Part shown: positions 37,062-46,745 of the stretch, in pieces
How positions within the stretch are numbered: the stretch's first letter is position 1
Layout: the number at the start of each line of letters is the position of its first letter
From: Opitutia bacterium
GTDB lineage: Bacteria > Verrucomicrobiota > Verrucomicrobiia > Opitutales > Opitutaceae
DNA length: 64,000 nt
Assembly: GCA_947478395.1 (NCBI GenBank)
Contig: CANJVR010000007.1
Span: 59,219-123,218, forward strand
Direction: 5' to 3'
Notes under the pieces: generated by a model
Told to the model about the DNA's origin: nothing
What the model saw: only the letters and a program-made list of their open reading frames with translations
The model's database searches: none
Translations under genes and position numbers: made by a program

Positions 37062-39569
37062 TCACTCCGCCGGACGGAAATCGATCAGCCGCTGGAAGCG
37101 ATCGACTTTTTCCACGGCGACCTCGAGGCGGCCGTTGAGTTCGAAACGCCGCTTGCTGCGCCGGCCAGTGAGGACGCGACTTTCTTCATCAAAACGAAGT
37201 TCTTCGTCCCCGAGTACGTTGGCTGAAACGAAACCGAAGGTCATCGATTCGATGAGCTCGACGAAGAAGCCGTTGCGCCGCACATCGGTAATGACCGCGG
37301 TGAAGTGCGTGCGCGGCTTCTTGTCCAGTTCGCGCTCGAAGAATTCGAGGATCTTGATCTTCACACTCTCGCGCTCGGCCAGCGTGGAGTTTTGCTCGGT
37401 GAGACTGAGATGTTCGCCGAGTCGCTCCATGGTGGCGGCATTGTAGCCGGCTTCGCGTCCGGGCTGCGGGGCGTAGCCTTCGTGCTTCACGAGGTAACTC
37501 TGGAGCACGCGGTGGACCGCCAGGTCGGAGTAGCGGCGAATCGGTGACGTGAAATGGGTGTAGTCTTTTTTGTTGAGACCGTAGTGGCCGTCGGGCGACG
37601 CACGATAGCAGGCCTTCTGCAAACTCCGCAGCAGCTGGCTGCGCAGCGTGTAACCCTGCGGGTGCGTGCTTAAAATTTCGAGCAGGCGGACGACTTCCTT
37701 TCGGATGGTGAGATCGCCGACTTGAATTTGAAACGTACCGAGCAGCTGGCGAAATTCGGCGAGACGTTCGGCGTCGGGGTCATCGTGCACGCGATAGAGC
37801 GCAGGCAGGCGCTGCGTCCGCGTGAGCCGCGCGACGGCTTCATTGGCCGCGAGCATGAATTCCTCGATGAGCTGATGACTTTCGTCGTGCTGGATTTTCT
37901 CGAGGCGATCGGCGTAGCCCTCGGGGTCGACGAAGATTTTCGTCTCGGGCATGTCGAGATCGAGGCTGCCGTGCGCCATGCGATCTTTACGGAGTCGGCT
38001 CGCGATTTTCCAGAGCGCCCGAATCCACGTCTGCAGATCGGTCAATTCGTCGTCGGAAAGTTCGCGCAGCGCGCGGCCAGTCGAACCCGTCTGATGCTTC
38101 GGCGGCAGCGGTAGCGCCCGGATTTTTGCCAGATCGTCGGTGAAAAGGAATGCGTAGGCTTGCTTGTACGTGAGTCGCTTGCGCGAGCGGATGATCGTGT
38201 TGGCGTACGTCGTCCCGCTGATTTTGCCGTTGCGACCAAACGTCAGGAAGACGGCTTTGCACAGGCGGTCCTGCGCCTCGACCAGCGAACACAATCCGTT
38301 GGAGAGTTTTTCCGGCAGCATCGGAATGACCGTGCCAACCAGGTAAGTTGAGTTGCCGCGGTTCTGGGCCTCGATGTCGAGCGCCGTGCCGGGCCGCACG
38401 TAACTCGACACGTCGGCGATATGAATGCCGATACGGACATCGCCGTTCTCCTCGGTCTCGTAGGAAAGCGCGTCGTCGAAATCCTTCGCGTCATCGGGAT
38501 CGATGGTGAAAACGGCCCGCTCCCGGTAGTCGAGGCGGCCGATGGCGTCGGCGGCCGGCACGCGATCCGGCAGTATGGCGGCCTCGCGTTCGACCTCGGA
38601 CGGGAAGTGCGTCGCGAGATTATATTTTTCGTAGAGCCCGAGCAATTCGGCGCGCGGCTCGTGCGTGCGGCCCAGGCGGGCGGTCACGTCGCCGGTGAGG
38701 GGACGGTTGGGCTCGGTCCAGTCGTGGAGGTTAACGACCGCTTTATCGCCCTCTTGCACGGCGGGAGGGAGAGGGGCGGACGCATCCGCCGGTCCGGCTG
38801 GTGTGCGAGCGCGGCGCGGAGCCGGCGTGAGGAGAATTTGCCGGGAAAAACGCGGATCGTCGGGTATGACCGCGAGATTTTTTCCCATGCGGACGACATT
38901 GCCGACGATCGAGGTTTTCTCGCGGGTGACGATACGGACGACGCGGCCGACGGTTTCGCCGGTGTTGCGGCCCTTGCGCCCGGGATACGCGCGGACGACG
39001 ACCCGATCGCCGGGGAGGGCGACGCCGGTATCTTCGGGGAAAATTTGCATCGACGGCGCGTTGCGGCCGCGCGGATCGTTTTCCGGCATGACGAACGCGG
39101 AGCCGCCCGCGCGGAATTGGATGCGGCCGATCGATTCGCCGGGATTGATTTGCGGCTCTGGCGTCGTCGCGGCCCGATCGCGGCTTAATTTTTTCTTGGG
39201 GGCGGCGGCGGGCGCTGGGGCGGAAGCGGCCGTGGCGGCCGGAGCAAACGTCGGCGGCGCGGGGGGCACTCCGCCGCGAGGAACGGGTTTGAAGATCGGG
39301 CGCGACTGCACGACGGCGCGTTGTTGGACGTGCGCCTTGAAGCGGGCCTTCACGTCGTGCGCGGCGGGTTTGGAGTCGTGATTGGCGAGCTGAAGTCGTT
39401 CCCCTTGGATCACGCGAACTTCGCCGGCGGCGAGCAGGCGGCGAACTTCGGCCGCGAGCGGCCCTTTCTCTTTTTTGTTCAGGCCGAGCAGACGGCTGAG
39501 GGTAAATTCACTGGCGGGTCGAAAATTGGGCTCGCGCATCTTGGCGAGCAGGCGGTCACGGAGAGTCAT
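37062..39569 (-). CDS. rnr: Ribonuclease R
   Basis: TIDPDDAKDFDDA, HIADVS, IEEFMLAAN, YTHFTSPIRRYSDL, C-terminal S1 domain. Confidence 0.93.
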   Translation of the reverse strand: MTLRDRLLAKMREPNFRPASEFTLSRLLGLNKKEKGPLAAEVRRLLAAGEVRVIQGERLQLANHDSKPAAHDVKARFKAHVQQRAVVQSRPIFKPVPRGGVPPAPPTFAPAATAASAPAPAAAPKKKLSRDRAATTPEPQINPGESIGRIQFRAGGSAFVMPENDPRGRNAPSMQIFPEDTGVALPGDRVVVRAYPGRKGRNTGETVGRVVRIVTREKTSIVGNVVRMGKNLAVIPDDPRFSRQILLTPAPRRARTPAGPADASAPLPPAVQEGDKAVVNLHDWTEPNRPLTGDVTARLGRTHEPRAELLGLYEKYNLATHFPSEVEREAAILPDRVPAADAIGRLDYRERAVFTIDPDDAKDFDDALSYETEENGDVRIGIHIADVSSYVRPGTALDIEAQNRGNSTYLVGTVIPMLPEKLSNGLCSLVEAQDRLCKAVFLTFGRNGKISGTTYANTIIRSRKRLTYKQAYAFLFTDDLAKIRALPLPPKHQTGSTGRALRELSDDELTDLQTWIRALWKIASRLRKDRMAHGSLDLDMPETKIFVDPEGYADRLEKIQHDESHQLIEEFMLAANEAVARLTRTQRLPALYRVHDDPDAERLAEFRQLLGTFQIQVGDLTIRKEVVRLLEILSTHPQGYTLRSQLLRSLQKACYRASPDGHYGLNKKDYTHFTSPIRRYSDLAVHRVLQSYLVKHEGYAPQPGREAGYNAATMERLGEHLSLTEQNSTLAERESVKIKILEFFERELDKKPRTHFTAVITDVRRNGFFVELIESMTFGFVSANVLGDEELRFDEESRVLTGRRSKRRFELNGRLEVAVEKVDRFQRLIDFRPAE

Positions 39570-39645
39570 GTTAATTGTCCGAGAGCCGACGCGCAGGCCG
39601 AGCTTTGGGATTGGCGAAACGAAAACGCATGTCTAGCGCTGGGCG

Positions 39646-41088
39646 ATGAAAATCGTCCATGCAGCCAGCGAGCTGTTCCCCTACGTCAAAACCGGAGGGC
39701 TCGCTGATGTGGTGAGCGCGCTCGGAGGAGCGTTGGCCGATCGGGGACATGAGGTCTCGATTTTTCTCCCTGGCTACCGTGCGGCCCTCGACCATCGCGA
39801 TGCAGCCGGCGCGACCTCAAAGCTCCACCTCAAAATCGAATTGGGCGACCAGTTCGCCTCGGGTGAGATCAAAGCTTTTTCCCCGCGGAAAAATCTCACG
39901 GTTTATCTCGTCTGCCGGGAGGAGTTCTTCGACCGCCTCGCGCCTTACGGCAATCGTGAGCGGGATTTCGAGGACAACGCCGAGCGTTTTATTTTTTTCT
40001 GCAAGGCCGTGACGGAGACGCTGCGCCTGCTCGATATTCAGGCGGACATTGTGCACGCGCACGACTGGCAGGCGGGTTTGCTGCCACTGATGCTCCGCGA
40101 TGCGGAGCGCCGGCATGGCGTGACGCTCGCGTTGAAGACCGTGTTCACGATCCACAACATTGCTTATCAGGGGCTTTTCCCGGCGGCGAAATTTGCGCTC
40201 ACGAACCTGCCCGACGAACTCTACCAGATCGACGGCATCGAGTATTATTCGCAGATCAGCCTGCTCAAAGGCGGTATTCTCTTTGCGGACCGCGTGACGA
40301 CGGTGAGCCCGCGGTACGCGCAGGAAATTCAAACGCCGGAATTCGGCTGTGGGATGGACGGCGTGGTGCAGACGCGGCTGGAGGATCTTTCTGGAATCCT
40401 GAATGGCGTGGATAACTCGATCTGGAATCCGGCGATCGATGTTCATCTGCCGGCGCGCTACACCGCGGCTGATCTCAGCGGGAAGGCCGCGTGCCGCGCC
40501 GAGCTATTGAAACGCTTCGATTTCGACGCGAAATTCAAGGGTCCGATCTTTGGGATGGTCTGCCGGTTCGCGGAGCAGAAGGGCATCGATCTCCTGCTGG
40601 CGAATCGTGATTTTTTTCTCCACGAAGACGTGCGACTCGTTGTGCTGGGTTCGGGCTCGAAGCGACTCGAAGACGAAGTGCGTGGGCTGGTGGCGCGGGC
40701 GCCGCAGAAGATCGCGCTCAGCGCGAAACTCGACGAAGCGGCGAGCCACCTGATCGAGGCGGGCAGCGATTTTTTTGTGATGCCGTCGCTTTTCGAGCCG
40801 TGCGGGTTGAATCAAATGTACTCGCAGGTGTACGGCACGCTGCCGGTGGTGAGTCGCGTGGGTGGACTGGTGGACACCGTGATCGACGCGGACGCGAATC
40901 CGACCGCGGGGACAGGTTTAATGTGCGCCCCTACCGTTGAAGGCCTCGGGGATGCGCTGGCGCGGGCGGTTAAATTATTCGTCGACAAGCCGCGGTACGC
41001 GGCCGCGCAACAGCGGGCCATGGCGCGGGATTTCAGCTGGAAGCAGGCCTCGTTGGGCTACGAGACGCTTTACAGTGACGCGCTGTGA
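39646..41088 (+). CDS. glgA: Glycogen synthase
   Basis: KTGGLADV, HAHDWQ, TIHNIAYQG, MPSLFEPCGLNQ. Confidence 0.96.
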   Translation: MKIVHAASELFPYVKTGGLADVVSALGGALADRGHEVSIFLPGYRAALDHRDAAGATSKLHLKIELGDQFASGEIKAFSPRKNLTVYLVCREEFFDRLAPYGNRERDFEDNAERFIFFCKAVTETLRLLDIQADIVHAHDWQAGLLPLMLRDAERRHGVTLALKTVFTIHNIAYQGLFPAAKFALTNLPDELYQIDGIEYYSQISLLKGGILFADRVTTVSPRYAQEIQTPEFGCGMDGVVQTRLEDLSGILNGVDNSIWNPAIDVHLPARYTAADLSGKAACRAELLKRFDFDAKFKGPIFGMVCRFAEQKGIDLLLANRDFFLHEDVRLVVLGSGSKRLEDEVRGLVARAPQKIALSAKLDEAASHLIEAGSDFFVMPSLFEPCGLNQMYSQVYGTLPVVSRVGGLVDTVIDADANPTAGTGLMCAPTVEGLGDALARAVKLFVDKPRYAAAQQRAMARDFSWKQASLGYETLYSDAL

Positions 41089-41128
41089 GAGGGGTTTTCC
41101 GCGGCCGGCGCGCGATGCAGTCCTGAAA

Positions 41129-41221
41129 AGGTAGGGCGCGTTGTCCTTAACGCGCCGGTGAGGCGTGGCTCTCTTTTTACGCCGAGTCGCAGTGGCCGGT
41201 TAGGGATACGCCGCCGTACCT
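41129..41221. repeat. GTAG-type REP doublet / REPIN, family A copy 3 (more degenerate)
   Basis: AGGTAGGGCGCGTTGTCCTTAACGCGCC...GCCGAGTCGCAG...TTAGGGATA...TACCT. Confidence 0.8.
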
Positions 41222-41312
41222 CCGGGCTCCGCTTTTCAGGCACGGTCCACGGAATTCTCCATCACCGCGATGCGCTTGCAATGCGAAGCGTCGCGCATAC
41301 TGGTTCGACCGC

Positions 41313-42824
41313 ATGTCCGTGACACCCGTGCTTCTTTGGTTTCGGCAGGATCTGCGCTTGCAAGACAACCCGGCTTTGCAGGCGGCGTTGGCCCGGGGCG
41401 GCCCGGTTGTTGCGGTTTTTATTTGGGATGAATTGGGTGAGGCGGGCTGGAAATTAGGCGGAGCGAGCCGGTGGTGGTTGCATCATGCCTTGGCGGCGCT
41501 GGACGCGAGTCTTCGTGAACTGGGCTCGAAGCTGGTGTTGGCCCGCGGCGAATCGGGCGCAGTTTTGAAAACGCTCGTGCGGCAGCTCGGCGCGGGCGCA
41601 GTTTATTGGAACCGTCGCTATGAACCCGCCGTGATCGCGCGGGATTCGTCGATCAAAACGGAGCTCACGGCCGCGGGCGTCGAGGTGAAGAGTTTCAACG
41701 GTGCGCTGCTCTTCGAGCCGCACACGATCCAGAACAAACAAGGCCGGCCCTTTCAGGTGTTCACGCCCTTCTGGAAGCATTGCCTGGAATTACCTGTACC
41801 ACCGGCGACAAAGCTCGCGACCAAACTGGCTTGGCCGGAGCCGCCCACGCGGCCTCATTCGCTCGCACTCGCAGAATTAGAGTTATTGCCGACGATCGCG
41901 TGGGACGTGGGCTTCGGGCCAACGTGGCAACCGGGTGAAGCGGGTGCGGCGGCGCGTTTGAAAAAATTTACGGCGCGGGCGATGGAAGGCTATGCCGACG
42001 CGCGCAATCGGCCTGACCTAGACGGCACGTCGATGCTGTCGCCTTGGCTGCATTTCGGGGAACTGAGTCCGCGGCAGGTGTGGGCGGCGGTGGCGGCGCA
42101 GTCGAAGGAGTCGGGGGTGTTTCCGCCGAGCAATGGCGCGCGGGTTTTTCTGAGCGAAATCGGGTGGCGCGAGTTTGCGCATCACTTGCTGTTTCATTTT
42201 CCGCATACGCCCGAACGGCCGTTGCGCGCTGAGTTTGCGAATTTCCCGTGGGCGGCTGATGCCGGCGGGGCGAAATTACGGGCGTGGCAGCTTGGCCAAA
42301 CGGGTTATCCGATCGTGGACGCCGGCATGCGGCAGCTCTGGCACACAGGCTGGATGCACAACCGGGTCCGGATGGTGGTGGCTTCGTTTTTGGTGAAGCA
42401 TCTCCGGTTGCCGTGGACGCACGGGGCGGCGTGGTTTTGGGATACGCTCGTGGACGCGGATCTCGCGAGCAACACGCTGGGCTGGCAGTGGAGCGCCGGC
42501 TGCGGCGCGGATGCGGCGCCGTATTTTCGGATTTTCGCGCCGGTGCTTCAGGGCATGAAATTCGATTCCGCCGGCGACTATGTGCGTCGCTGGGTGCCGG
42601 AGTTGGCGAAATTGCCGGCGGAAAATATCCACGCGCCGTGGGAAGCGCCGCTGCACGTGCTTGCGACGGCGGGCGTGAAACTCGGGGAAAATTATCCGCA
42701 TCCGATCGTCGACCATGCCCGGGCGAGAAGCGAGGCGCTGGCCGCGCTTAAACAACTGCGCGCTCCCGGAGCGGAGGTAGCGCAAGTTTCTAGCCCGCAG
42801 GCCGGGTGGCATGACGCGGGCTGA
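41313..42824 (+). CDS. phr: CPD DNA photolyase (class I/III type)
   Basis: WFRQDLRLQDNPAL, TSMLSPWLHFGE, TGYPIVDAGMRQL, WMHNRVRM, WFWDTLVDAD, DAAPYFRIF. Confidence 0.93.
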   Translation: MSVTPVLLWFRQDLRLQDNPALQAALARGGPVVAVFIWDELGEAGWKLGGASRWWLHHALAALDASLRELGSKLVLARGESGAVLKTLVRQLGAGAVYWNRRYEPAVIARDSSIKTELTAAGVEVKSFNGALLFEPHTIQNKQGRPFQVFTPFWKHCLELPVPPATKLATKLAWPEPPTRPHSLALAELELLPTIAWDVGFGPTWQPGEAGAAARLKKFTARAMEGYADARNRPDLDGTSMLSPWLHFGELSPRQVWAAVAAQSKESGVFPPSNGARVFLSEIGWREFAHHLLFHFPHTPERPLRAEFANFPWAADAGGAKLRAWQLGQTGYPIVDAGMRQLWHTGWMHNRVRMVVASFLVKHLRLPWTHGAAWFWDTLVDADLASNTLGWQWSAGCGADAAPYFRIFAPVLQGMKFDSAGDYVRRWVPELAKLPAENIHAPWEAPLHVLATAGVKLGENYPHPIVDHARARSEALAALKQLRAPGAEVAQVSSPQAGWHDAG

Positions 42825-42852
42825 ATTCGCGCCCGACCTCAAGCTGACCACG

Positions 42853-44268
42853 ATGACCGACGAAATTTTCCAATGCACGATGAGGATCGAGCGCCCGGCG
42901 GCGGAGGTCTTCGCGTGGCATGAGCGACCCGGAGCGTTTGCCCGGCTCAATCCTCCTTGGGAACGCGTTGAGGTGACAGCGCACCACGGTGGTATTCGCG
43001 ATGGAGCCCGGGTGACGTTGCGCACGAAAGTAGGTCCGGCGTGGGCGGGGTGGGAGATTTTGCATCGCGATTATATCGCAGGCCGGCAGTTCCGGGATGT
43101 GCAGGTGCACGGTCCCTTCGCGAAGTGGGAGCATCTGCATCTGATCGAACCCGCGGGACCGACGGCGTGCGTGCTGACCGATGAAATTCATTACCGTTTG
43201 CCGGGTGGAGTGGTCGGGCGGTGGGGCGGAGCTGGTTTCGTGCGTCGAAAACTGGAGCGCACCTTTGCTTACCGTCACGCCGTGACCAAAGCGGACCTGG
43301 AGCGGGCCCAGCCCGGCGAAAAAAAGCGGGTGCTGATTTCCGGTGGGTCAGGCTTGATTGGACGTGCGCTCACGGCGTTTTTGCAAACGCAGGGGCATGA
43401 AGTCCGGCGTTTGGTGCGGAGCCAGCCGCAAGGGCGGGATGAGTTTCGATGGCATCCGGCGAAAGGTGAAATCGATCCGGCTGCGCTCGCGGGCGTCGAC
43501 GCGGTGGTGAATCTCTCGGGGGAAAATATCGCGGGTGGCCGCTGGACGGCCGCGCGGAAGGCCGAAATTTTGGCGAGCCGCCTCGAAAGCACGCGCACGT
43601 TGGCGTCGGCGATCGCGGCGTTGGCTCCCGCCGCCCGCCCGGAAGTTTTGGTGAGTGCTTCGGGCGTGGGTTTTTATGGTGAGCGCGGCGACGATCCGAT
43701 GGGAGACGAGGAAAAACGCGGCACGGGTTTTTTGGCCGATGTCGTGGAAGCGTGGGAGCGCGAGGCGTTGGCCTTGGAGAAACTTGGCCTGCGCACGGTG
43801 TGCGTGCGCACGGGCGTGGTCTTAACGCCGGCCGGCGGAGCGCTCGCCAAGATGGCGCCCATTTTTCGGGCCGGCTTGGGCGGCCGAATCGGGTCAGGCC
43901 GGCAGTGGATGAGCTGGATTGGTCCCGATGACTTGCTGGCGATTTATACGCGCGCTATTTGCGACCGGAGTTGGCGGGGCGCGTTCAATGCGGTGGCGCC
44001 CGGGCCGGTGACGAACGCGGAGTTCGCCGCTACGCTGGGGCGCGTGCTGCATCGGCCGGCGGTGCTGCCGTTACCTGCGTGGGCTTTACGATTCATTTTC
44101 GGCCAGATGGGCGAGGAGACGGTGCTGGCGAGCGTGCGCGCGGTCCCCGGAAAGTTGGAGCAGACCGGTTTTTCGTTTCGCCAGCCTTCGCTCGAAGGGG
44201 CGCTGCGACACGTATTGGGACTGCAGACTGATGGAAGCGGGGCGAGGGCACCTCGCCTCCATCCGTGA
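42853..44268 (+). CDS. SRPBCC domain fused to TIGR01777-family NAD(P)-binding protein
   Basis: VFAWHERPGAFARLNPPW...GPFAKWEHLH, then SGGSGLIG, NLSGENI, GSGRQWMSWI. Confidence 0.88.
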   Translation: MTDEIFQCTMRIERPAAEVFAWHERPGAFARLNPPWERVEVTAHHGGIRDGARVTLRTKVGPAWAGWEILHRDYIAGRQFRDVQVHGPFAKWEHLHLIEPAGPTACVLTDEIHYRLPGGVVGRWGGAGFVRRKLERTFAYRHAVTKADLERAQPGEKKRVLISGGSGLIGRALTAFLQTQGHEVRRLVRSQPQGRDEFRWHPAKGEIDPAALAGVDAVVNLSGENIAGGRWTAARKAEILASRLESTRTLASAIAALAPAARPEVLVSASGVGFYGERGDDPMGDEEKRGTGFLADVVEAWEREALALEKLGLRTVCVRTGVVLTPAGGALAKMAPIFRAGLGGRIGSGRQWMSWIGPDDLLAIYTRAICDRSWRGAFNAVAPGPVTNAEFAATLGRVLHRPAVLPLPAWALRFIFGQMGEETVLASVRAVPGKLEQTGFSFRQPSLEGALRHVLGLQTDGSGARAPRLHP

Positions 44269-44365
44269 ATTGGAATCACAACTCAATGTGGGGTCGCCGT
44301 TGTGCGTCGCGCTTCCAACTCTAGGCTTTTCAAACGCGTCGGGAATTCTAGGATCGCCCGTTCAT

Positions 44366-44785
44366 ATGGAGAAAACGTTCGTTATTTTTAAGCCGGATTG
44401 CATGGAGCAGCACCATGTCGGCGCGGTGCTCAGTCGTTTCGAGGCCGCGGGCTTCGATGTTATCGGCTGCAAAATGACCCTGCTTTCGCCGGCCTTGCTG
44501 CGCGAACACTACGCGCATGTGGCGGACAAGCCGTTTTATCCTGAGATCGAGAAGTTCATGGCGTCACGCCCCGTCATCATGATCGCCATGCAGGGCGCCA
44601 ACATCGTGCAGCGCGTGCGCGATCTCCTCGGGCCGACTGATTCGCGCAAAGCCGCGAAAGGCACGATCCGCGGTGATTTCGGCACGGAGATGATGAAAAA
44701 CGTCGTCCACGCCTCCGACACGGTCGACAACGCGAAGGTCGAGCTCGCGCGGTTCTTCAAGCCCGAGGAACTTTTCACCGTCTAA
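44366..44785 (+). CDS. ndk: Nucleoside diphosphate kinase
   Basis: MEKTFVIFKPD, HYAH, GTIRGDFG, NVVHASD. Confidence 0.96.
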   Translation: MEKTFVIFKPDCMEQHHVGAVLSRFEAAGFDVIGCKMTLLSPALLREHYAHVADKPFYPEIEKFMASRPVIMIAMQGANIVQRVRDLLGPTDSRKAAKGTIRGDFGTEMMKNVVHASDTVDNAKVELARFFKPEELFTV

Positions 44786-44987
44786 AGGGCGGCGGGCAGG
44801 GTTTTATTTCGCCGGCTCGCCGGGCTTGGCTTTCCATTCGACCTTGCGCGCCTTGCTGCCTTTGCGGCCGGGTGAAATTTCCATGAAGGCGGTGTCCGAT
44901 TGGTTCAACCTCTTGCCCGCGACACATGAAATCGGAACTGACCTTGTGGCTGCGTTATAACGATCACGCTTCATGAAGTTCTAAACG

Positions 44988-45019
44988 CCTTGGCTGGCTT
45001 TGCTGGCCAAGGTTTTTTT
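44988..45019 (+). terminator. Intrinsic terminator-like hairpin
   Basis: CCTTGGCTGGC-ttt-GCTGGCCAAGG followed by T7. Confidence 0.65.
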
Positions 45020-45239
45020 GGGCAATTTTCTGCGCGTGGGGGTCTGTTTTGTGAGCCTTGCGAAATTCAAAAGGCAAACAAACCGGCCCGATTTAAGGCC
45101 TCCCAAGTCGGATCGGCGCTTCCTCGACAGGCACGAAAGTGGAGACCCACGGGGCCGTTGCCCTGCTGGTTGAGTATTAAGTCCGTTGGATTTCCCCTGC
45201 GCCTCCGTGCCCGTGCGCGAAACCAATCCGTCTGCAGGC

Positions 45240-46652
45240 TTACACGCCCTGCAGGCGGCCGGTGGAATCGCCGATGCGCGCCACGTCTGTCGCGCCCATG
45301 CGGTCGGCCATGCTCAGGAAGAGGTTGGACATCGGCTTGCCACCCATGGGCGCGTAGCGGCCCGGAGTGAGCGAACCGCCACCGCTTCCGGCGAGGATCA
45401 CGGGCAAATTGTCATGCGTGTGGCGGTTGCCGTCGGCATTGCCGCCGCCGTAGACGATCATCGAATTGTGGAGGATCGAGTGGCCGTCCACGTCCTTCGT
45501 CTCGTCGAGCTTCTTGAGGAAGCGCGCGAAGTGCTGCATGTAGAAGAGGTCGATCGACGCGACCTTGGCCATCAGCTCGGGGTTCTGGCGATGGTGGGAG
45601 CAATAGTGGTGGCCCTCGGGGATGCCGATCTCGGGAAAGGCGCGGTTGGTGCCGTCACCGGCGAGCAGGAGCGTGGCGATGCGGGTCGAGTCGGTCTGGA
45701 ACGCCATAGTGAGCAGGTCATACATGATGTCCATGTGTGCACCGTAGTCGGAGGGGATGCCGGCGGGTGGCGTCTCGGCGTGCGGATCGGGCAGCTGGCC
45801 GAAGCCCTCGGCGCGCTGGATGCGCTGCTCAATTTCGCGCACACCGGTCAGGTACTCCTCGAGTTTCTGGTGGTCGTTGTAACCGAGCTGGCGCTTGAGC
45901 AACTTCGTATCGTCGCGCACAAAATCCAATAGTGATTTCTGGGTCTGCTGGCGCTCCAGGAAATTGGCTCGGCGGTCGGCGGGATCGCCCTGACCGAACA
46001 GGCGCTCGAACACGAGGCGCGGATTCGGCTCGGGCGCGGCCGGGGTCTCGCCGGAGGCCCAGGACAGATTGTAAAGATAGGCGCAGGAGTAGCCCGAGTC
46101 ACAGCGGCCGGACTTGCGGACGAAGTCGCAGGAGAGTTCCAGCGACGACAGGCGCGTAAGGTGCCCGGTGCGCTGCGCCACCAGTTGGTCGATCGAGGTG
46201 CCCACCTCGATGTTGGCGCTGTCGGTCTTGCGCGCGCGCGCGCCGGTGAGGAACGTTGCATTCGCGCGGGCATGGTCACCGGCACCATCATTGCCCGGGG
46301 CGGCCTCTTTATGGTCCAGGCCACCGACAACCTGAAGGGAACTCTTCAACGCCGCGAGGGGCTGCATGGTCTTGCCCAGCTCGAACGCGCTGCCTTCTCC
46401 CGTTGGCCACCAGTTATCCTGGTGCACTCCGTTGGGAATATAGGCGAACGCCATGCGGAGGGGCGCGCCTGTCGCCGTGGTGGCGGCCTTAGCGTCCCCC
46501 GCCGTGGTGGCGGCCCGGAGCATCGACGGGAGTGCCGATTCAAACATGGGAACGGCGATACACGCACCCACGCCCCGGAGGAAGTTGCGGCGCGTGGGGG
46601 TGAACTGGCGCTGACGGGTGGCATTGCGAGAGGGAATCGGCTGGTTTTTCAT
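45240..46652 (-). CDS. DUF1552 domain protein (Tat signal)
   Basis: TRRNFLRGVG Tat motif, YIPNGV, SIDQ, CDSGYSCAY, NPRLVFERLFG, FQTDSTR, DGNRH. Confidence 0.9.
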   Translation of the reverse strand: MKNQPIPSRNATRQRQFTPTRRNFLRGVGACIAVPMFESALPSMLRAATTAGDAKAATTATGAPLRMAFAYIPNGVHQDNWWPTGEGSAFELGKTMQPLAALKSSLQVVGGLDHKEAAPGNDGAGDHARANATFLTGARARKTDSANIEVGTSIDQLVAQRTGHLTRLSSLELSCDFVRKSGRCDSGYSCAYLYNLSWASGETPAAPEPNPRLVFERLFGQGDPADRRANFLERQQTQKSLLDFVRDDTKLLKRQLGYNDHQKLEEYLTGVREIEQRIQRAEGFGQLPDPHAETPPAGIPSDYGAHMDIMYDLLTMAFQTDSTRIATLLLAGDGTNRAFPEIGIPEGHHYCSHHRQNPELMAKVASIDLFYMQHFARFLKKLDETKDVDGHSILHNSMIVYGGGNADGNRHTHDNLPVILAGSGGGSLTPGRYAPMGGKPMSNLFLSMADRMGATDVARIGDSTGRLQGV

Positions 46653-46745
46653 GGGGCAGAGGGACGGAGGTTTGATTGAAAGAGGGGCTGAAAGTTTGTG
46701 AAACGTGAGTTGGGCGTGGAGAGCGCGGAAGCCGGCGGGGTCGGC

